64,000 bases of DNA, from positions 23,708-87,707 of the forward strand of contig CAZVED010000002.1 of assembly GCA_964626205.1 (NCBI GenBank), written 5' to 3'. The position numbers were made by a program, and so were the translations under genes. Source of the stretch: an uncultured Gammaproteobacteria bacterium (GTDB taxonomy: Bacteria > Patescibacteriota > Patescibacteriia > SG8-24). Below, piece after piece: positions 57,554 through 64,000 of the stretch. Every line of letters starts with the position of its first letter. Positions within the stretch are counted from its first letter, which is position 1. Below the pieces are notes generated by a model. The model did no database searches. It was not told where the DNA came from and saw only the letters and a program-made list of their open reading frames with translations.

Positions 57554-58498
57554 TCACTCCTCGCCGATGCGACCCGTGCCGGCGTAATACTGATCGAGAA
57601 AGCCGTCAACGACGCCCGCAGAAACGATGAACCCGAGGCTGCCTCCAATATCGCCCGAAACTGCCGCGGTCGCTACGCCGATATACCTTCCACGAAGGTC
57701 GAAAACCGCTCCGCCGGAAGTACCGGAATCGATAAGCGCAGAGGTCTTGATGAGGTCAGGACCGACGTGTCCGCTGACCACACCCTGGGTGAACGTGAGC
57801 GTTTCCGCACCGATGCCGGGATACCCGCCGATAAAGACCGTCTCGCCAAGCAGCGGAGAAACAAACGACAGCGCTCGGTCCCCGAGTGTGATGGCCGGGA
57901 ATACGGCCGGAAGGTCGCGACCGTCGAGATGCTCCGTGATGCGCAGGATGGCGAGATCTGCCTCCGCATGGACTGCCGCGACTGCGGCGACATAACTAAT
58001 CATCGGCGCACGGCGGAGGTCATCCGTGAAACCGACGCCGCAGTACCTGATGAGCGACCCGTCCAGGCTCGACAACGCATGACTGTTCGTGAGGATGAGA
58101 CCGCTCTCGTCGATGACCGTCCCCGTCGACGTGAAGAACGTCTTGTCATCGCGATTGTCGATGCACACAAGCTTCACAAGCGAAGGAACGACCGACTCCA
58201 ACGGGAACGGCGTCTCCACAGATGTGGCAGAAGCATTCCCGTCGTTCGCCAAGAATGCCTGCTGCAGTCCTTCCAAGATGCCGATTGCTCTGTCGCTTTC
58301 CTGTTCGACCTTGGCGACACGTTCCTCGAGCGCGGCTTGGCGCACGAGCATATCACTCCGATCGCTCACGCGCTCGCTTCCACGCAAGATGACGTCCGCA
58401 AGCAATGTCCCGCTGAACGTCAATACCGCAGCGACGAGCATGATGAGCAGCGTCGTGCGAAAATGGCGGCGGAAGAGGTGGAGAACGCTCTCAAGCAT
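57554..58498 (-). CDS. Trypsin-like serine protease (S1C/HtrA-like, no PDZ) with N-terminal TM and coiled coil
   Basis: Catalytic His is TNSHAL. Catalytic Ser is DSGTSGGAVFD. N-terminal TM is TLLIMLVAAVLTF. Confidence 0.75.
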   Translation of the reverse strand: MLESVLHLFRRHFRTTLLIMLVAAVLTFSGTLLADVILRGSERVSDRSDMLVRQAALEERVAKVEQESDRAIGILEGLQQAFLANDGNASATSVETPFPLESVVPSLVKLVCIDNRDDKTFFTSTGTVIDESGLILTNSHALSSLDGSLIRYCGVGFTDDLRRAPMISYVAAVAAVHAEADLAILRITEHLDGRDLPAVFPAITLGDRALSFVSPLLGETVFIGGYPGIGAETLTFTQGVVSGHVGPDLIKTSALIDSGTSGGAVFDLRGRYIGVATAAVSGDIGGSLGFIVSAGVVDGFLDQYYAGTGRIGEE

Positions 58499-58505
58499 GG
58501 GGGTG

Positions 58506-60671
58506 TCAGAACGTTACGGTCTCACCTGGATCGAGCGGCCTTGGTCCATCCGATGGTGTGGAAGGAGCAGGTCTCGGCGGCTTCGGTTCCGGTGGCAATT
58601 GTCGTTGTTGCAGCTGCGGCTTCGCTTGCTGCTCCTTCATGAAGCGGATCTTGTCTGCATTCGGACTATCAGCGGCTGGTATCGATTGCTGTGGTGGACG
58701 TTGCCGCTGCTGTTGTGGCGGTTGTTGCTGCTGCGGCTGCGGCTGCGGGCGGGGTGCCGGACGTTCCGCGCGCGGTGCCTCTTCGCGACGCGGAGGCGGC
58801 GCCGGACGTTCGGTATCCGCGGACTTCTTCTTGTCGCCCAGCAACATATCGAGGCGCACATCGTCATCACCGCTATCGCGAATGATGACCGGCTTTCCGG
58901 AACCCAGCGGTGGCACGACGGCCGTACGGTCAGCGCGCGGCTGTGGCGGACGTTGCCGTTGTTGTTGCTGCGGCTGCGGGCGGGGCGCCGGACGTTCCGC
59001 GCGCGGCGCCTCTTCGCGGCGCGGAGGTGGTGTTGATGGACGGTCATCGCGACGCGGCGGAGGTGGTGAAACTGGACGGCGCGGAGGCGGCGGAAGTTTG
59101 TCCTTCAAGTCGAGATGGTCCTTACAGAACCACGGTCGGGATTTGTCCGGCTCGAACGTAAGCTTGGAAATGTTCGGGCAGTCAGGAACAGAGCACGCCA
59201 TCTCGTACTTCGCCTCCTTCTTCGGCTTATCACCAGGGCCACCGACGGGGCCGGAAATCGACGGAGAAGATTTTGCGAGCTCCTCGAGCTTCGTGGCAAT
59301 GGACTTCTCGAGATCTGAAGCATCATCTTCAGTTACAGTATCATCGCCCGCGAATCCGCTCCAACGGTTCACGTTCAGCTCGACGACCGAACGAGGAGTC
59401 GCGTACCGCTCGCGCGAGACGCGGATGACCTTGTCCGCACTGCCGGTGCGCTGCGAAATCTGCGGCAACGTCGTCGCGGAGAACGGTGCGGATGCGGCAC
59501 CGTTAATCATGAGCTTGAGATAGATGTCGTACTTCTGGAGATTTACGATGTCCTCTTCCGTAAACTGTGGCGCGAACTCCTTACCAAGCAGCTCGGCATC
59601 TACCGCGCCGACACGGAACGCGATGATGGTGCCAACGTTGCCGAAAATGGCCGCCCGGACGAGCTCGTCGAGCTGTTCCACGTACTGATGCGCGACGATG
59701 AGGTTGAGGCGGTACTTGCGCGCCTCGGAAAGGATGTTCGCGAACGATTCGGTGGCGAAGTTCTGGAATTCATCGACATAGAGGTAGAAATCCTGCCGAT
59801 CCTCTTCTTTCGGGATATCCACGCGCTCCATCGCCGCGAGCTGGAGACGTGTGATGATCATGGCACCGAGCAGGCGGGCGTTCTCTTCGCCGATGAAACC
59901 CTTCGAGAGGTTCACGATGAGAATCTTGCGGTTATCCATGATGTCACGCACGTCGATGGTCGACTTCGGCTGCGCGACGATGTTGCGGATGAGCGCAGTG
60001 GAGAGGAACTGACCGACCTTGTTCTGCACCGGCGCGACGGCCTCAGTGGCGTACTTCTCCTGCCACGACGCGAATTCCTTGACCCAGAACGTCTTCACGA
60101 TGGGATCCTGGATGACCGCGACGACGCGCTGACGGAACTCCTTGTCCGACAGGATGCGCGTGATGCCGAGCAGCGTCGACCCTGGGTAATCCAAAAGCGC
60201 ATTGATGGTGTTCAGCAGGATGTACTCCATGCGCGCCGACCATACGTCCGGCCAGATCTTCTTGAACACGCCCATGAGACCCGCGGAGATGAGATGCTTC
60301 TGGTTCTCCTTGACCTGTTCAAGAATGTTGAAGCCTACCGGGTGGTCCAGGTCGCCAGGATTGAAATACACGACGTCGTTGATGCGATGCGGCGGGATGA
60401 AGTCCAAAAACCGCTGCGCGGTATCGCCGTGCGGATCGATGTAGCAGACGCCGTGACCCGCGTTGATGTCGTTCACGAACATGTTCTCGAGCAAGGTCGT
60501 CTTGCCCATGCCCGTCTTTCCGATCACGTACGCATGACGGCGGCGATCATCCGTCTTGATACCGAACTTGCGACGACGATTGCGAAAGTTCGTCTCGGCG
60601 AAGACGTTGATTTCGCTATCGTGGTCGTGATCGTACGGCAGTGGAGCTGCAGGGGGCATCGACATAGGCAT
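58506..60671 (-). CDS. VirD4/TraD/TrwB-like P-loop ATPase with C-terminal zinc finger and repetitive Pro/Gln-rich tail
   Basis: Walker A is VIGKTGMGKTTLLENMF. Walker B is FYLYVDEFQNF. The sensor is RKYRLNLIVAHQYVEQLD. A C-x4-C...C-x2-H motif follows (CSVPDCPNISKLTFEPDKSRPWFCKDHL), then about 220 aa of PPPRR/PQPQ repeats. Confidence 0.65.
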   Translation of the reverse strand: MPMSMPPAAPLPYDHDHDSEINVFAETNFRNRRRKFGIKTDDRRRHAYVIGKTGMGKTTLLENMFVNDINAGHGVCYIDPHGDTAQRFLDFIPPHRINDVVYFNPGDLDHPVGFNILEQVKENQKHLISAGLMGVFKKIWPDVWSARMEYILLNTINALLDYPGSTLLGITRILSDKEFRQRVVAVIQDPIVKTFWVKEFASWQEKYATEAVAPVQNKVGQFLSTALIRNIVAQPKSTIDVRDIMDNRKILIVNLSKGFIGEENARLLGAMIITRLQLAAMERVDIPKEEDRQDFYLYVDEFQNFATESFANILSEARKYRLNLIVAHQYVEQLDELVRAAIFGNVGTIIAFRVGAVDAELLGKEFAPQFTEEDIVNLQKYDIYLKLMINGAASAPFSATTLPQISQRTGSADKVIRVSRERYATPRSVVELNVNRWSGFAGDDTVTEDDASDLEKSIATKLEELAKSSPSISGPVGGPGDKPKKEAKYEMACSVPDCPNISKLTFEPDKSRPWFCKDHLDLKDKLPPPPRRPVSPPPPRRDDRPSTPPPRREEAPRAERPAPRPQPQQQQRQRPPQPRADRTAVVPPLGSGKPVIIRDSGDDDVRLDMLLGDKKKSADTERPAPPPRREEAPRAERPAPRPQPQPQQQQPPQQQRQRPPQQSIPAADSPNADKIRFMKEQQAKPQLQQRQLPPEPKPPRPAPSTPSDGPRPLDPGETVTF

Positions 60672-62110
60672 CAGGCAAACGGGAGATCATCGGGGATATC
60701 GCTATCCTCCTCGGCAAGCGCACCTGAGCGCGGTGCTTGCGCGGTCGGTGCCTGGAAGGCTGGCTTGATGACGTCGAACGGACGACCGTCGAGCATACCC
60801 TCCACCGGCAGACCTGCCGGAGGTTCGGAACGCTTCGCTTCGGTCTTCTTGAGCGACGGCGTCTTGATGCCGAGCATCGGGAAGTGGTAGAGCGTCGCAA
60901 GCTCCTCGATGTTGAGAATAAACGCGTCCGCTCCTTTGCCGCTGCGCTTCTTGTAGTTGCGCACGATGGCCGACTCCTTGTCGTGCATGGACCAGCGCTG
61001 CCAGAAATAATCACCTTTCGGCGTGACCTTGCCGTAGCCCGTGAGCGTATTCATGTTGAGCGCGTTGAACTGCGCGAGCGCGCCCTTGAACGACGACATC
61101 ACGCGACCCTTCGCGAACTTGTCGCGCTTCGCCGCATAGACGATGCGCATCTTCGTCTTGAACGCGATCTTGGAGAGCTTCTGCTGCATGGCCTTGAGCG
61201 TCTCCGTCTCGCCGGGAGAGAGCTTCTGCATGACCGGCGTTCCGTCGGCCTTCTTCGGCGCATCATCGCCACCCCCAAGGATGGGTGACCCTGCGACCTG
61301 TGTCGACAGCTCGTTCATGAGGCCGATTGGGATGTCCGTCACCCAGCCGAAAGACGATTTCTTCGCTGGAGGCGTGATACCGAGGATCTTCTTCACCTCC
61401 GCCTCCCCCTTTTCCTTCCAGTCGTCGCCGAGCGGCGTGATGATGAATTGCAGCCACAAGTGTTCGCCCGGCTGGAGGCTTGAGAACACCTCAAGCACCG
61501 CGGACATCGGATCTTTGAACATGACCTCCTCGGAGGACTTGTCCTCGAATGCGGAATACGTGCGGATAGGGATGTGCGTCGGCTTCTTCAATACGAACTC
61601 CGTCCCGAAGACCTGCCATTCGGCGTCGGGATACTGCGACGGGATCTTATCGACGTAATCGGCAATCTCGACAATCTCCGCACCAGGATACTGCGAGTAA
61701 AACGCGGACTCGACGAGGTCACGATACTTGGTGTTGGTACGCACGACGAACTGCACGTAGCCGCCGATAGAGACGATCTCGAAACTGAAGCTCGACGGCC
61801 CCATGCCGTACCAGTACTTCTCGATGTTGTCGAAACCGCCGTATGCACCGGAAAGGTGGCTGAAAATCTGCTCGACAGCCTTTGGGGTCTGTTCGTTGTC
61901 GCGTGGAACATCGATGGCAAGAACGCAGAACGTCTGTTGCGCACCGAACTTCGCCTGGCGGGATTCGACCCAAAGGAACCAGAGGACCTGCGAGAGCAAC
62001 GCCACCACGAACACCCATCCTCCGTCCAAAAAGACCCGCCACAGCATGAGCGGGAACGGCAAATTCCCTAATTCGAGGAAATAATTAAGGTTGACGTGGA
62101 TTGTCGGCAT
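60671..62110 (-). CDS. Membrane protein partner of the VirD4-like ATPase (479 aa, single N-terminal TM)
   Basis: Its stop overlaps the ATPase start by 1 nt. TM is LMLWRVFLDGGWVFVVALLSQVLWFLWV. No recognised domain. Confidence 0.5.
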   Translation of the reverse strand: MPTIHVNLNYFLELGNLPFPLMLWRVFLDGGWVFVVALLSQVLWFLWVESRQAKFGAQQTFCVLAIDVPRDNEQTPKAVEQIFSHLSGAYGGFDNIEKYWYGMGPSSFSFEIVSIGGYVQFVVRTNTKYRDLVESAFYSQYPGAEIVEIADYVDKIPSQYPDAEWQVFGTEFVLKKPTHIPIRTYSAFEDKSSEEVMFKDPMSAVLEVFSSLQPGEHLWLQFIITPLGDDWKEKGEAEVKKILGITPPAKKSSFGWVTDIPIGLMNELSTQVAGSPILGGGDDAPKKADGTPVMQKLSPGETETLKAMQQKLSKIAFKTKMRIVYAAKRDKFAKGRVMSSFKGALAQFNALNMNTLTGYGKVTPKGDYFWQRWSMHDKESAIVRNYKKRSGKGADAFILNIEELATLYHFPMLGIKTPSLKKTEAKRSEPPAGLPVEGMLDGRPFDVIKPAFQAPTAQAPRSGALAEEDSDIPDDLPFA

Positions 62111-62446
62111 GTATCCCCAGTATAGCAGGAAATAGGCTCAAGGGGTAGATGTGCTTACGACGGGAGCGGCTGGATTTGCGCGATGCCGTCGTTGTCGCGT
62201 CTCATGGGTGCGCTGCACCCATTTCGCCGCTCCGCCTAGGCCTCGCGCAAACCAGCTCGCTCCGGGGTTTACCCCAGGCGGGTCGCCAGAGCACATCCGC
62301 GATGACACCCCGACCCGGCACCCCGCCACACGCTCACCGTTCATGTTCCCGGCCCCGGACCGGGGCCGGGATGCCGAGAGAGCGTCAAGACGCAAAGAGC
62401 GGCGCTTTGTGGCGCCGCTCTTTGCAACAAGGGAATGACCGCTAGC
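62111..62446 (-). ncRNA. Candidate structured RNA (RNase P RNA-like motif order), unverified
   Basis: The 336-nt GC-rich intergenic region has many hairpins. In minus-strand order it reads GGGGUGCC...CCUGGGGUAAACCCC...GCGAAAUGGGUGCAGCGCACCC...AAAUCCAGCCGCU, resembling the order of conserved bacterial RNase P RNA regions. Confidence 0.2.
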
Positions 62447-63373
62447 TTACCGTACGGACTTCTTTTGCATCACCACGAGGAGCGGTGCTGCGAGGAAGAT
62501 GGACGAGTACGCACCGGCGATCATACCGATGATGAGCGCGAGCGCGAAGTATTTGAGCGACTCCCCTCCCCAGAGATAGATCGCGACGAGCGGGATAAGG
62601 GTCGTGACCGTCGTGTTGATGGAGCGTGCGAGCGTCTCGTTCACGCTGCGCTCGACGATATCCTCGAAGACGCCTGTGGACTTCTGGAGATTCTCACGGA
62701 TGCGGTCGAATACGACGATGGTGTCATGCACCGAGAAGCCGAGAATGGTAAGGATGGCCGCGATGAACCCGGAGTTCAGTTCGACGCCATACCATGTTCC
62801 GAGCAGCGCGAACGCGCCGAGCGGTAAGAGCACGTCATGCGCAACAGCAGCAAGGAGCGTGACGAGACCGTACTTCCAGGATGCAACCGGGCGGGACACC
62901 TTACGGAAGGCATACGCGACATAGAGCGCGATCGCCAGCAAGACGGCCGAAAGGGACCACACGGCGTTCCGACGAAGCTCGTCGCCGACCGATGGTCCAA
63001 TGGATTCGAAGCGCAATTCCTGCGCGTCTGGATGCGCGGCAAGGATGACATCGAGGACGGCCTGATGCTCCGCTTCGTCCATATGACGCATGCGAATGAG
63101 GACAGTGTCGTCGCCAGCGGTCTGCACGAGCACTTCACCGAGCTCGCCGGATGCCAACGTGGCGCGCAATGCCGACACATCAGGACGTTCTGTGAACGCG
63201 ACTTCCATGAGCGAACCACCTGTGAAATCGATACCGAATTTCAGCGGGAACATGACCAACGCGGCGACACAGGCAGCAATGAGAAGACCAGAGATGGTGA
63301 ACCAGACGCCGCGCTGCTTGATGATGGGAAGATACATAGGGGTGGTGAGATCAGGATTTGGACTCCGTCGCAT
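62447..63373 (-). CDS. secF: Protein translocase subunit SecF
   Basis: Six TM segments. Contains ...IKQRGVWFTISGLLIAACVAALVM...GIDFTGGS. An alternative start MYLPIIK is at 63337. Confidence 0.88.
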   Translation of the reverse strand: MRRSPNPDLTTPMYLPIIKQRGVWFTISGLLIAACVAALVMFPLKFGIDFTGGSLMEVAFTERPDVSALRATLASGELGEVLVQTAGDDTVLIRMRHMDEAEHQAVLDVILAAHPDAQELRFESIGPSVGDELRRNAVWSLSAVLLAIALYVAYAFRKVSRPVASWKYGLVTLLAAVAHDVLLPLGAFALLGTWYGVELNSGFIAAILTILGFSVHDTIVVFDRIRENLQKSTGVFEDIVERSVNETLARSINTTVTTLIPLVAIYLWGGESLKYFALALIIGMIAGAYSSIFLAAPLLVVMQKKSVR

Positions 63374-64000
63374 CCTTCGGCATACGGTGCAGACCGGACA
63401 AGTACAGCGTCGGCGACGACAGCCACGACCACCCTACTGCAAGGCGAAGTAGTGTGCGGCTGACCGTGATTGCCGAGAACATCGAGACGATCACGCCGAG
63501 ACCGAGCGTCAACGCGAAGCCCTTGATAAGGCTCGTGCTCGTGTAGAAGAGGATGACGCAGGAGATAAGCGTCGTGAAGTTCGAGTCGCGGATGGAGAGC
63601 CAAGCGCGGCGGAAACCTTCATCAACCGAGGAGCCGAGCGTACGTCCGCGAAGGATCTCTTCTTTCATGCGCTCGAAGATGAGGACGTTCGCATCTACGG
63701 CCATACCGACGGAGAGGATAAAGCCAGCGATGCCGGAGAGTGTCAGCGTGACCGGGATAACCTTGTACAATGCGAGGTTGATGGTGGAGTACAGGACCAA
63801 CGCGAGAACGGCGATGAGGCCGGCTAAGCGGTAATAGAGCAGCATGAACGCCGCGACCGCGAAGAAGCCGAGCATGCCAGCGCTCAACGAAAGATCCAGA
63901 GACTCCTTGCCAAGCGTGGCGCCGACGGACTGCTGGCTCTCCAAGCGAATTGGGACTGGGAGCGCACCAGCGTTCAGGCGGCGAACCAGCAACTTGCCCT
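63351..64000 (-). CDS. secD: Protein translocase subunit SecD (C-terminal part; start lies beyond the window)
   Basis: Contains ...SAGMLGFFAVAAFMLLYYR...VDANVLIFERMKEE... Confidence 0.88.
   Translation of the reverse strand, partial: GKLLVRRLNAGALPVPIRLESQQSVGATLGKESLDLSLSAGMLGFFAVAAFMLLYYRLAGLIAVLALVLYSTINLALYKVIPVTLTLSGIAGFILSVGMAVDANVLIFERMKEEILRGRTLGSSVDEGFRRAWLSIRDSNFTTLISCVILFYTSTSLIKGFALTLGLGVIVSMFSAITVSRTLLRLAVGWSWLSSPTLYLSGLHRMPKDATESKS

Noticed and set aside
58558-59523. A 321-aa Gly/Cys/Arg-rich plus-strand ORF, and the repetitive DNA at 58690-59050 considered as a possible CRISPR array.
   Set aside because: The repeats are in-frame codon repeats inside the minus-strand ATPase gene (Pro/Gln-rich tail). 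There are only two long copies with unequal 'spacers' and no cas genes. The plus-strand ORF is the antisense artefact of that repeat.

Overview
This is a high-GC (~60-65%), densely coding window that appears to be bacterial chromosome. Gene content and ribosomal-protein extensions are compatible with a Patescibacteria/CPR-like organism, but that is inference only.

About half of the window is core housekeeping. This includes greA (3' end), lysS, serS, alr, ddl, an FtsQ-like gene, ftsH, clpP, gltX, clpB, def-fmt, and a ribosomal/RNAP block (rpsM-rpsK-rpsD-rpoA-rplQ, rplM-rpsI, rpmJ-infA). It also includes alaS, mnmA, secF and secD (partial).

The rest is envelope and accessory material:

1. A tandem array of five paralogous lipoproteins and secreted proteins (10.1-14.6 kb), next to an ECF sigma / anti-sigma pair.
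2. An AT-rich ~0.75 kb non-coding island followed by an orphan FtsH-type (M41) peptidase domain gene with no AAA ATPase.
3. A glycan/O-antigen-like cluster (Wzy-like, 2xGT2, GT4, Wzx flippase).
4. A pnuC-nadR NAD-salvage operon downstream of lexA, with a GTTC-N7-GTTC candidate LexA box.
5. A CIRCE (HrcA) operator in the clpB promoter, which is shared divergently with two tandem small hydrophobic peptides not on the ORF track.
6. A P-loop kinase fused to a TtuA/NcsA-like PP-loop ATPase.
7. A two-gene module at 58.5-62.1 kb: a membrane protein plus a VirD4/TraD-like ATPase with a zinc finger and a repetitive Pro/Gln-rich tail. This is the most likely candidate for an undescribed translocation or defence apparatus.

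Several short palindromic repeat copies, shared promoter/leader motifs, an RpoA lacking the alpha-CTD, and a candidate structured RNA between secF and the ATPase module are also reported. All annotation is from reading the sequence and translations; no database searches were run.
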